This document shows positions 11,400 to 22,068 of a DNA stretch of 34,000 nt, piece after piece. Numbering within the stretch: the stretch's first letter is position 1; the number at the start of each line of letters is the position of its first letter. Source of the stretch: Psammoneis japonica. Taxonomy: Eukaryota. The position numbers were made by a program, and so were the translations under genes. The notes below the pieces were generated by a model. It was not told the DNA's origin, did no database searches, and was given only the letters and a program-made list of their open reading frames with translations. The stretch spans positions 372,001 through 406,000 of the forward strand of contig QPGO01000072.1 of NCBI GenBank assembly GCA_008632985.1. The letters are read 5' to 3'.

Positions 11400-11930
11400 G
11401 CTCAGGGTTCAAGAAAAAAGCAACAAGCTTCAAAGATTTTAGTTCTCAACTTTTCTCATTGAGTCCTTCATTGCTGCACCCGGCATCAGATGCACAACTG
11501 AAACCAGCTTGAGTGGGAGGGGATGCAATTTCAGCCCCACAGAACAGAGCAATGCACTCATCCCATGTGCGCCGCTCTCGACCATTTTTCATGGCAACCA
11601 TGTTGATGTCCATTTTCACTTTAACTGCTTCCATGCTGGAACTGACAGAAGTGCCAAGAAATGCACTCTGCACAGAAAAACGTGCTTCCATTTTTTGCCA
11701 CACTGATGTTGCCAAGGGTGGTGTTGCACTCACTGCCAGACCAGTCATGCAAAACGTGCTTGAGGAAAAAGACATCACACTGTTCCATGACTTCTTTCAG
11801 AAAGCTTGCAAAGAAATCTCCACCAATGGCACTCATTTGATCCAACAGATCGTGCCCCACAAAGTGCTCTTTTGCCTTCTTTTTGGCAATGTGCGGCAAG
11901 TCAAAAAGCAGTCCCTTCATGTTGGGACCC
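11400..11930 (-). pseudogene. Hypermutated 3' fragment of the O-methyltransferase gene plus its 3' flank
   Basis: PNMKGLLFDLP..GGDFF..CDVFFLKHVLHDWS..KVKMDINMV..ERRTWDECIALF aligns with 16450-17000; frameshifted. Confidence 0.93.
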
Positions 11931-11944
11931 AAATGTGTTGCTGA

Positions 11945-13950
11945 CTGTGCCCAGCGGGTGGCTCCATCTTTTGTTGTGCCAAAGCAAGACCTGATGGTCT
12001 GGTCCACATTGACAATTCCACAGATGAGCTCAACAAATGGATCAAGCAAGTGCCATGATGTGCAGCCCATCATGTCCAAGACACATGCTGCCTCATTTTC
12101 CTGTGGGGAAAGTGCAAGATGCAGGTGTTGCCTGCGGGGCTGCACAGCTTTCAACATGGACACATTTCAGAAGAAAATGGTGTCAACCTGAATTGAGGAT
12201 TCAGTGCTCATTCAAATGTGCTCAGATCACCTTCTGTGTGTGACAAAGGGCACCTGTGAAGAACCCTTGAGAAATTCAAACTTGTCTCATTGCAAATGCA
12301 GAAGGCAGGGCTGAAAACCAGCCAGACTGTTCGGGCTGTTTGGTCAACTGCAGTGGTGAACAGCTGACATCTGCCAAAGTCAAAGTCATCAAGTGGATTG
12401 CCAAGCTGAAAAAAATGATGTGTGGCTGCAATGTTCTGAAATTTTGTCACCCCTTGCATGTGGCTTGCAAGCAGGGCTGTCCAATGGGAGTGAGTGTTTG
12501 CTGAAGATGAGGCACTTGAAACTGTCAAACAAGCATTGTTTGGCATGTCTTGTTGGCACATCCAAACTTCAACAAACCCATTTGAGGTGCACACCAAAGC
12601 CTCTGTAAACATCAACATGGAGCAGCAACATGTCAAAACAATGAGCCTGTTGCATTTTGCAGCAGAAAGCTCAACAGTGTGCAATTGAATCATGCAACAA
12701 TGGCGGAGAGAGAAAATCACTTGCCATTGTGAAGAAATTGAAAGAAGTTCAGATGGCTCTCCTGGTCAGTGCATGATGGCATGTGTTGGCCACAAAAATC
12801 TCATTTGCAAGGCACTCAATGCCAAACACATGGTGCGCTGGAGGTTGACACATGCAAAGGACAGCACATGACCCCCAGTTGCTGGCACCACACTGAGTTG
12901 CCTCTGACCAGCCCCCAGCTTGCTTTCCGAGTGCAATCTGGAGGTTGTTGTGATGCCAAACAGTTGTCATCTGCTGTGCAAAGCTTTCAATGTGAACACA
13001 GCACAGGTGCTGTTGCTTGCTGTTGGCTTCAAGTGCATCTCAATGGAGCAACAGCAGGAAAAGCACCCCCAGCTTCATGTGCAAAGGACTTGTCCAACTG
13101 CTCCGTCCATGCAGTTTGTGAGGGAGAGTCATCATGGCAGTTGGTGCACTGCACAAAAACAAAATTGTTGTGCCCCAGGGGTCATTGCAAACTCCCTTGA
13201 CTGAGCAGCACCTTGAGCAGCTGTGTTGTCCAGGTGTGAGATGTGCACAGAAATGTCCTCTGCCCAGCACTCCTGTTGGCACAATGTGAGGGCTGCAGTG
13301 CACTGTGTGTGCATTGAGTGTGGCCAATGTCAGAAGCCAAAACACAGGACCCAACATTGTGGAAACAAAGTGCCAGAAAAGATGGCAGAGACAGCCCCAT
13401 GGGGGGAAACCCTTTGCATGGACATGATTTGACCCTGCAAAATTCAGAGACACAAAAAAGACACTCTGCAATCACAGGTGCCAGCCACAATGATCAACTC
13501 AGATGGTTTGAGGTTGAAGCAGAGTCTGCAAAATGTGTGGACATTGCAGCGAGCATCTCAGATCAAACTTGGCTGTTCAAGCATCCATGGCCAGCCAAGG
13601 TTGTTTCTGACCATGGGACTGAATTTTGGCCAGACAATTCAGAGTGACTGTGACACATCATTGTCAAGAAAAAACCAAAGCAAAAAATCCACAGGGGCAA
13701 ATGTGCCACAGGAGCAGAGTGAGGAGTGCATCAGACACACCCAGCAATGTGGCACATTCATTTTCAACACAGCTGCTGTGGCCTTTGCCATGCTCCTGTG
13801 GCACACGCAGCCATGTGGGCAAGCCCTGCACAGCTGTTCTTTGGACATGATGCGAGCTTGTCTGTTGCTCATTGTGCGCCAAGTGCAAGCACATGGTGGA
13901 AGACAGAGAAAGCAGAGGCTTCTTGCCCACTTTTGAACAGAAGAGAAAGC
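11945..13950 (+). mobile_element. Degenerate Ty3/gypsy LTR-retrotransposon pol (RT - RNase H - integrase order)
   Basis: RT remnants APSFVVPKQD (~11961), ELNKWIKQ, DTFQKKM, QKAGLK. RNase H LAHPNFNKP/FEVHTKAS (~12555-12604). Integrase CGQCQK..VPEKMAETAPWGETLCMDMI, HPWPAKVVSDHGTEF, KNPQ, VHQT, AVAFAM, ASPAQLFFGHD. No LTRs recognised. Confidence 0.85.
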
Positions 13951-14248
13951 ATGAAGGAGGTGCATGATGGAAAGAGTGCCAGCACACTGTTGGGCAGTTG
14001 GCTCTTGTCAAACAAGAACAAAAGTCAAAATGTGGGATGTGGGGCTGACAACACAGCACACCACCCAGTGTGTCACTCCAGACTCAACCAAATGAACCAA
14101 AATCATCGACAGGTTTTTTTGATTCGTGCATTGTGCATTTGTGCTTGGATCTGTGCGGTGTTCTGTCAAGATCCATCTGTGATGCACAACTCAATCACTG
14201 CCGTCTGCGGCACACAAAGAAGATCAAAAAGCACACATCCTTGGATCC

Positions 14249-16178
14249 ATGTCAACCTTTTCTGCCCTGAAGAAAAATGGGTGCAAGGCCAAACCCAAGT
14301 CGGCTTTTGACAAAATTCCAAAGACGAATGAGACTGCCGACACTCTCAAGGATGTAATTCTTCTGCACGCGGAATTTGGCATGAGGCTCCATGCCATCAA
14401 TGTGCTTTGGACTCCTCTCGAAGAAAGTCTTCCGCTCTCGAGCAAGAAGGTGTGTGATGTGTCGGCTGACCAAGATCCCTCAAGTCAAGATGACGACCTT
14501 GACGCGGCCCGCCCTCCAGATGGGATTCTCTTGCCAATGTGGCGTCGCTGTCACATGGGAATCATCCTTGAAGCCAGCAATGACTCATGCTCCGGTGATG
14601 CCCAACTGAACATTGCCGTTGAGTTGTTCAATGATGGAATCCACACCCCTGCTCATTTTTCACGAGCTCCAATTTGCGCAGAAGCCACACATTGGTTTCT
14701 GTGCATTTGTGCAGATTTTGTGCCAATCGCATCACAGAGGTGTGTTGTTCGCCAGCCCTGACGATCTCTTTCTCAGTCACAACACATTTTTCACGATGGC
14801 CGGCACATGACGCCAGCTCGGTGGACACGTTTCGAGTTCTTTTCATGTGGATCTTGCTGCAGACATGCAGCACTCAGATTCATTTCGGCGCGCAGTTTTG
14901 TTGCAGATGGCACAGAAACCCGTGGCAGTTCCCTGCTTGTGCACAGAAACGCGTGGCGAGGTCCTGAGCATTTTCGATGGCACAGAGCCTTGCCACGGGT
15001 TTCTGTGCCATCTGCGACAAAACTGCGTAGATTTGTGCCGAAATGAATCTGAGCACTGTGTGTCTGCGGTGAGATCTGCATGAAAAGAACTCGAAACGTG
15101 TCCACCGAGCCGGCGTCATGTGCCGGCCGTCATGAAAAACACATCATGACTGAGAAAGAGTTCGTCAGGGCCGGCGAACAACACACCTCTACGATGCGAT
15201 TGGTGCAAAATCTGCGTAAATGCACAGAAACCAACGTGTGGCTTCTGTGCAAATTGGAGCTCGTGAAAAATGAGCAGGGATGTGGAGCACCTCTTTGGTG
15301 CTGGCTCAAAAACGAAGGTCATTCAAATGCTTCGCAGTCACTGTGGTGATGATCACAAGGCATTTTCTGCCGGAGTTGAGCGTGACATTGATGTTGAGCT
15401 GAAGTTGTCATCAGAAGTTGTCGATTCGTTCAGGCGTTCAGCGTGCTCTTTGGCAGGTTTCAACTGTCGGCACTTCACTGCTGTTGTGTTTTACAACTTT
15501 ACAGGACAGTTTCTCCGTGACTCATTGCATCGAAGGTGGACATCCAGTCACAACGGATGGGGATTCTCAGCCAAGAATAAATCATCTCACCCTTGCATGG
15601 AGTGGGCCGACGGTTCGAATCTTCTCAAGGAAGAGCTGGAACCTGTGGAGGGGGAACCACTCCTTTTCAGTCGCTCACCGTGTGGATTTGGCAAGGTCAC
15701 CAAAGCAGCTGCTGAAGTTGGCATTTTTCTGGCCAAATCAAAACTCCCTGCTGCAAAAATCGCTGGCCTCGTGGTTGTTGGTGGTTCTGTGTTGGTTGAC
15801 AAGGTCCCCCAAATCCGACGCTTCGCGAGGTCAACCGCATGGTACAAGTGCGACCCAGATCTCGAAACTTGGTACTGGACTCCGTACCGTGATGGCGAAC
15901 TGGACAATCCAAGCCACAGGTGGATCTCCGTACATCAATTAGAGGTCCCTCATGGCCGTTTCCAAGGACAGACATTGGAAAATACCAACAAACGAATTGT
16001 CCGCATCTTAGCCGACGATGTCTTTGATCCTACGGAACGCGATCAAGACGATTGTCCTATCTGCTTGAATCCGAAGCCAATGAGGAGATTCGTTTCTTGC
16101 AGATGCTGTGACAGTGCCATTTGCATGGATTGCTTTCCCCGAATGGACCTCTGCCCCTTCTGCCGCACGGCCTACTGA
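14249..16178 (+). pseudogene. C-terminal RING-finger protein gene (copy A), interrupted by a MITE, with a hypermutated 5' half
   Basis: MSTFSALKKNG...FNDGIH [insert] EHLFGAGSK... is in frame once the insert is removed. Ends CPICLN..CRCCDSAICMDC..LCPFCRTAY. Paralog at 20197-21448. Confidence 0.8.
14646..15280. mobile_element. ~635-bp foldback/MITE with ~280-bp inverted arms
   Basis: 14647-14927 is the reverse complement of ~14991-15279 (CCCTGCTCATTTTTCACGAGCTCCAATTTG...). Absent from the paralog, where the empty site reads ggaatccacatggagcacc (~20594-20612). Flanks CA / TG fit a mutated TA (or ATAT) target duplication. Confidence 0.93.
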
Positions 16179-16537
16179 ACTACCATACCGTGCTGCCACT
16201 CTGACATTTCTCACTGTTATCTTCGTAATTGCATTCTTGTTCTACGTACGATACTTACCACTGTATATTCGGTGTCCACTGATATCGACCTGATATTTAT
16301 TAGAAAGTGGCCACATATATATTCTGTTGTCAATCGTCCTTGTGTGCGCCATAGAGTGACTTCTGAGTAGCTGTTGAAGCTTCTGAAAAATCCTTGTCTT
16401 TGAGAATCAAGGGATAACTAACAGAGAGAAGTAGTAGATGAATGTGCACAGGTTCAATGATACAACCAGCTTCACAGTTTTTAGTTCTCAACTTTTTCAC
16501 TGACTCAAAAAAATTGCTCCGATTGAATCCTCCATTG

Positions 16538-17797
16538 CTATAACTTGAGATGCACAATCGAAACCAGCTCTCGAGTAGGAATTAGAGTGGGAGGGGATTT
16601 AATTCCAGCCCTGTGGAACAGAGCAATGTATTCATCCCATGTACGCTCTCGACCGTTTGTCATGACAACCATGTTGATGTCCATTTTTACCTTCACCACT
16701 TCCATACTGGAACTGGTAGAAGCGCCGAGAATAAAGTCAGCGCCAACGATTGTGCTTCCTTTTCTCGCCACGCTCTTGACATTTTTAAGGATGGTGTCAC
16801 ACTCACTGTCCGACCAGTCGTGCAAAATGTGCTTGAGGAAAAAGACGTCACATTGTTCCATGACTTTTGGAAGGCTCGTGAAGAAATCTCCACCAACGGT
16901 TTGAATTCGATCCGACAGATGGTGTTGCGCAAAATGCTCTTTTGCTTTTTTCGCAATGTTTGGCAAGTCAAAAAGCAGTCCCTTCATGTTGGGATAGTGG
17001 GATGCCACAGCAGCCAACAAGGTCCCTTCTCCGCCGCCAATGTCACAAACGGTTGCATCGGGGAAGGGCAAGGCCCAATCACTCAGTATGAATTCTGCCG
17101 TTTCCCTCGTAGAATCCACCATGGCTTTGTCAAAAATGGCGGCAATTTCCTCATTATCAGGTGACTGAAGATATTCAAAGAATTCCATACCCGTGGATTC
17201 CTTCATCCCGGTTTTACCCGTAACTAGTGATTGTTCTCCAGCCACGCTCCACGCCTTTTGAAACGTGAAGTGACCAAAGAGAAGGCACCAGTTGTGGAGG
17301 CCATTCGGATGATTCTTACGCAACAGCGCGCCGGTGGCAGTTTCTCGATACTTTGTAACTTGAACTTTGGTAGTCGCGTCTGTTGTCGTTGATACTTGAA
17401 GCAATCCCAGTGAGACCCCGGCACGCATATAACGACATGTATAATCGACATTCAACTCGAGTTGCTCTGCAACTTTGCTGCATACCCGTGCTTTGCCTCC
17501 AAGCGCATCCATAATGCCACTCTTGACGATTGCAAAAAGAATCTCAGAATCCCAAAAGCCTGAAGCGAGGTTTCGTATTTGAACAGATGGAGGCGTCACA
17601 GCGCGAAGAGTTGCCGCCAAGGCATCACTCACGGCGATTGCCACTCGAAATACAGGCCAAGGAGGAATGTCGACTGAAAATGAATTGTTGCTTGGAATAA
17701 CTGGGGGGGTAATGCCAGAGGGTGATGAGGCAACGAGGTAGCCAACCCCAAAGGCGACAATCGCAACGATTCCACAAGTAAGCACGTTGATGAGCAT
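16538..17797 (-). CDS. Class II SAM-dependent O-methyltransferase (COMT/ASMT-like) with an N-terminal hydrophobic anchor
   Basis: Motifs VCDIGGGEG, LFDLP, GGDFF, LKHILHDWSD, NGRERT; dimerisation-type N-domain. Likely ATG at 17797 (MLINVLTCGIVAIVAFGVGYL). Confidence 0.92.
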   Translation of the reverse strand: MLINVLTCGIVAIVAFGVGYLVASSPSGITPPVIPSNNSFSVDIPPWPVFRVAIAVSDALAATLRAVTPPSVQIRNLASGFWDSEILFAIVKSGIMDALGGKARVCSKVAEQLELNVDYTCRYMRAGVSLGLLQVSTTTDATTKVQVTKYRETATGALLRKNHPNGLHNWCLLFGHFTFQKAWSVAGEQSLVTGKTGMKESTGMEFFEYLQSPDNEEIAAIFDKAMVDSTRETAEFILSDWALPFPDATVCDIGGGEGTLLAAVASHYPNMKGLLFDLPNIAKKAKEHFAQHHLSDRIQTVGGDFFTSLPKVMEQCDVFFLKHILHDWSDSECDTILKNVKSVARKGSTIVGADFILGASTSSSMEVVKVKMDINMVVMTNGRERTWDEYIALFHRAGIKSPPTLIPTRELVSIVHLKL

Positions 17798-18159
17798 TGT
17801 CAATAATGAGCTCTCTGAGACGACTCTATGAGGCGGAGCGGCGGCGATCGCGACGCCATTTTGTGTTATGTAGAAGTAGATGGATGATTCTTCATATGTA
17901 CCTGCTGTTTGAGATGAAGATGATTCGCACTGCGTCGTCGCGCGAAAAGATATTTTCGAAAGATTCAGCACGATGCTGCGGCGCACTTCACACTTCACCA
18001 CTTATCACGAACGAAAGAATGAATCAAAGGTGTAGGGCGGGCCCAAGCCCTTTATGCATGATGCATATTAATACCCTCTGAAGACTGAAGACCTCATCGA
18101 TGAGGGATGGGCATTCTTATTATTTATTATCAATAACGAGAGCTCAGTAGTTCTAAGGC

Positions 18160-19926
18160 ATGCCGGGAGATCAAGGTGTCACAGCGGTTGAAGAGAATCG
18201 CAACCAGCTGTTCGCATGGGCGGAAACCGTGCTCGGAGAAGAACACACCGGAGAACAGGATTGGACTCTGATACGTAGGCTTGCACTGAGCAACGGTGTC
18301 TACGAGAATACGGACTACGCGGCACAGCTGCTTTGCCTAAGTGCAGTTCATGGAGACTTAGAATCCCTCGTCTATCTGGACGGGTTGAAACCCGAAATAT
18401 TGTCGTGGAAAATCTACAGCAAATCGATTGCTGCGCACGAGGAGAGACTATTCGGTACGAGGACATTCAGGGAGCAGAATCGACAAGCTTGGATAGATAT
18501 TGGGGGAGAAGAACTGGAGGAGCCCATACGCTCTGGAGCCATTGCGCTGCTTGATGCAGTATGGTTGGTGGACTATGCCGCTTCTAATGAAACCATGGTC
18601 CATCGTCAGAAACTGCCAAAGGAAGCTTTCCTCACGTGTGAACAACTGATCGCTTCAACCGATAAGAAGGGATTCCCAATCGTAGCCTTGAGTTACATGT
18701 GGCTTACTCCAGACCATCCTGATCCGAAGGGAGATACTCTCAGGCTACTAGCAAAAGAGCTTGAAATTCGAATCAAGGATGGCATGCCTTCAACTCCTCG
18801 ATTAGGAGTGTTCTGGGACTATGCGTCGCTTCATCAACACCCACGATCTGCCGAGCAGAAGAAACTCTTTGAACAAGGTCTGGGCTCTTTGGCGATGTTG
18901 TTCTCATGTCACTGGACCTCTGTGTACAGGGTTACTGTTTTCCCTCCAGGATATCCAGGAGACTACAAGATCTTTGGTGGCACCAAAATGACTGGTTACA
19001 ATCAGCGAGGATGGCCTTTCACAGAGTCATGCTGGGCAACTATGACAAAGGAAAGCTCACGGACTGTTGATATTTTCTACGACGGATCCAAGCAGACTCA
19101 TACGGAACGTGGTGCCCCTGTCCTGCCAGAACGCTTTGAAGTTATAGTACAAAACCGCGTGTTCACTAACCAGAAAGACGATCGCCCGCTTGTAATTCGG
19201 CTGTACCGCGAATACTTTGTGCGTCACTTTTCCCACGTCGACAAGCTCAACTATTGCAATTTGCAATGGCTCGATGAGCAGGTTTCAAGTCTTGCGGAAC
19301 TTCTCTTGGCGGGGTACGCCAGTGCAGTCGAGGAGATTGATCTTGGCAGCAACTCCATCGGAGAAGCGGGCTGTCGGGCACTTGTGAAAGCGCTTGACCG
19401 AATCAGACTCAAAAGAAGCCTTCGTCTCTCTTTCAATCCCCTCGGTGATGATGGAGCCAAGTGCTTTGCGAATGCAATTGGTTCCACGCGCAGTGTAGAT
19501 TTCACTCGGGTCGGTTTGACTCACATAGGGTGCCGAGCTATTGTTCTCGGCGTCAGAAAACATCCCTCTTCGAATCTGCTCCGGCTACACCTGGGGTTAA
19601 ACAGAGGCATCGGCGATGAGGGATGCAGAGTGCTGGCTCCCATTCTCGCCCGTCTCGAAGAATTTGATTTGCATGGATGCAATGTGGGGGACTCTGGATG
19701 CGAGGCAATTGCCACGGCGATTTGTCGAACGAAACAGACAATACTGAAGGAGTTCTGTCTGAGAGATAACCCAATTACAGACGAGGCGGGTGACGTCTTG
19801 TGTGGGCTCGTCTCACACTGTTCCGCGACCCTCAAATCAGCAGCAATGAGCAGAACGTCTTTAAGCACGGAGACACAAAATCGCCTGGTAGATTTGGGGG
19901 GCGAGGGTACCGTATTTTTGTTCTAA
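18160..19926 (+). CDS. HET-like (TIR-related) domain + RI-type leucine-rich repeat protein
   Basis: Intact 588-aa ORF. ALSYMW..HPDP, VFWDYASLHQ and YNQRGWPFTE motifs, then LRRs (IDLGSNSIGEAG, LSFNPLGDDG, LGLNRGIGDEG, LHGCNVGDSG, LRDNPITDEA). Confidence 0.85.
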   Translation: MPGDQGVTAVEENRNQLFAWAETVLGEEHTGEQDWTLIRRLALSNGVYENTDYAAQLLCLSAVHGDLESLVYLDGLKPEILSWKIYSKSIAAHEERLFGTRTFREQNRQAWIDIGGEELEEPIRSGAIALLDAVWLVDYAASNETMVHRQKLPKEAFLTCEQLIASTDKKGFPIVALSYMWLTPDHPDPKGDTLRLLAKELEIRIKDGMPSTPRLGVFWDYASLHQHPRSAEQKKLFEQGLGSLAMLFSCHWTSVYRVTVFPPGYPGDYKIFGGTKMTGYNQRGWPFTESCWATMTKESSRTVDIFYDGSKQTHTERGAPVLPERFEVIVQNRVFTNQKDDRPLVIRLYREYFVRHFSHVDKLNYCNLQWLDEQVSSLAELLLAGYASAVEEIDLGSNSIGEAGCRALVKALDRIRLKRSLRLSFNPLGDDGAKCFANAIGSTRSVDFTRVGLTHIGCRAIVLGVRKHPSSNLLRLHLGLNRGIGDEGCRVLAPILARLEEFDLHGCNVGDSGCEAIATAICRTKQTILKEFCLRDNPITDEAGDVLCGLVSHCSATLKSAAMSRTSLSTETQNRLVDLGGEGTVFLF

Positions 19927-19985
19927 AAGACAGAATGCTTGCAGTGCTCGATACGCAGTGCATCTCTGTAATTCGTGGTGGGCAG

Positions 19986-21800
19986 CCAGACTCAAGCGAC
20001 TAAACCAACGACCAGAGCGATGTTGTTTCATTCGTGCTTCGATCTGTGCGGCGTTCTATCAACTTTCAATCTAAATGATGCATAACTTAATCTCTGCCGT
20101 CTACGGTACACAAAGAATAGCCTCTCTTCCTCTCCTCAAGAATTCTGAAGCTTAGTGGGGCCACTGGTGTAGTTCGAAAAGCACATCCTTGGGTCCATGT
20201 CAACCTTTTCTGTCCGTAAGAAAAATGGGTGCAAGCCCAAACCCAAATCAGCATTTGACGAAATTCCGGAAACGAATGAGACTGCCGACGCTCTAAAGGA
20301 TGTGATTCTTCCGTATACGGAATTTGGCACGAGGTTCCGCGCCGTTAATGTGTTTTGGACTCCTCTTGGACAAAGCCTTCCGCTCTCGAGCAAGAAGGGG
20401 TACACAAGTATGATGTGTCGGTCGATCAATATCCCTCAAGTCAAGATGACGACCTTGACGCCGGCCGTCCTCCAGACGGGGTTCTCTTGCCAATGTATGA
20501 CGTCGCTGTCACATGGGAATCATCCTCGAAGCCAGCAATGACTCGTGCTCCGATAATGCCCAACTGAACATTGCCATTGAGTTTTTCAATGATGGAATCC
20601 ACATGGAGCACCTCTTTGGTGTTGGCTCAAAAACGAAGGTTATTCAAAGGCGCCGTAGACACTAAGGCGATGAGCACAAGGTATTTGCTGCCGGAGTTAA
20701 GAGTGACATTGATGATGAGCTGAAGATGTTATCAGAAGTTGTCCATTCGTTCAGGCTTTCAGCGGACTCCTTAACAGGTTTCAACTGTCGGCACTTAACC
20801 ACTATTGTGTTTTACCGCTTTATAGGACAGCATGTCCTTGACTTATTGCATCGAAGGCGGACGTCTAGCCACAACGGATGGGGATTCTCAACCAAAAAAG
20901 AATCATCTCACCCTTCTATGGAGTGGGCCGATTGTTCGAATCTTCTCAAGGAAGAGATGGAAACTGTGAATGGGGAACCACTCCTTTTCAGTCGCTCACC
21001 GTGTGGATTTGGCAAGGCCACCAAAGCAGCTGCTGGAGTTAGCGTCTTTTTGGCCAATGCAAAATACCCGGCTTCAAAAATCGCTGGCCTCGCGGTTATT
21101 GGTGGATCTTTGTTATGGTTGACAATGTCCCCAAAATTCAGACGTTTCGCGAGGTCAACGGTATGGTACAGGTTCGACCCAGATCGCGAAACTTGGTACT
21201 ACATAACGTGACGGCTAACTGGACGATCCTATCAACTCCATCCACAAATTGGAGGTCCCTCATGGCCGTTTCCAAGGACAGACATTGGAAAATACCAACA
21301 AACGAATTGTCCGATAAAGACGATTGTCCTATGCTTGAATCCAACACCAATGAGGAGGTTTAATTCTTGCAGATGCTGTGACAAGGCCATTTGCATGGAT
21401 TGCTTTCACCGGATGAACCTCTGCCCCTTCTGCCGCACGGCCTACTGAGAGTGCCATACAGTTTTGCCACTCTGAAGTTTCTAACTGCTATCACGATACT
21501 AAACATCCACTGTACATTCGGTGTCCATGTTAGAAATAGCCCAATAAAGATTTTATGTAGTCAATCGTCCTTGTGTGCACTTTCTAGTGACTTCTGCGTA
21601 GCTGTTGAAGCTTATGAAAGATCAGAGAGAAGTAGCAGACGGATGTGCTCAGGTCTACAGTAAGGATACAACGAGCTTCACGGTTTTTCGTTCGCAATTT
21701 TTTCACTGACTCAAAAATAATCTAGATTGAATCCTCCAGTGCTATTGAGATGCAAAACCGAAACCAGCTCTCGAGTGGGAATTACAGTGGAAGAGGATTT
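19986..21800 (+). repeat. Segmental duplicate of ~14078-16600 (RING gene, intergenic DNA, OMT 3' tip), lacking the MITE
   Basis: Homology runs from ccagactcaa (19986 / 14078) through the RING gene to the IPTRELVSVLHL / IPTRELVSIVHL OMT tail (~21745-21795 vs 16545-16595). Confidence 0.9.
20197..21448 (+). pseudogene. RING-finger gene copy B: frameshifts, stop and deletions, but TpA intact
   Basis: MSTFSVRKKNGCKPKPKSAF..., SRSPCGFGKATKAA, DDCP and a RING tail ending GCCTACTGA, spread over several frames. Confidence 0.85.
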
Positions 21801-22068
21801 TTGGTTGCCCGCAATTTTTCGATACAGCAACCCGTTTCTGTAGGTAATAGGATATGAATTTCGGCCAGATGCAACAGAAAGGACTAAAGCTTGTAAGAAA
21901 TACTGAGGGCTCATACTTTCTAAACTCAGAAATGCGAACGGGGGGACCGTAGTTGCCTTCCATCTTACACATACTGCTAATTCCTTGACAATTGTAGTGA
22001 GGTGTTCCTTCGGCTGGACGCCTGAACAAAGCACATTGAACACCTCGCCATTACAAATACCAATCGCG

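Larger units (their letters stand above)
9700..15700. other. TpA-depleted hypermutated domain 2 (BTB pseudogene, OMT fragment, gypsy remnant, RING gene 5' part, MITE)
   Basis: Dinucleotide bias plus direct alignments to unmutated paralogs at 16450-17000 and 19986-21450. Right edge is a gradient. Confidence 0.88.

Noticed and set aside
17798..18001. N-terminal extension of the OMT ORF in the track
   Set aside because: It starts at a non-ATG codon. The ATG at 17797 preceding a hydrophobic anchor is more plausible.
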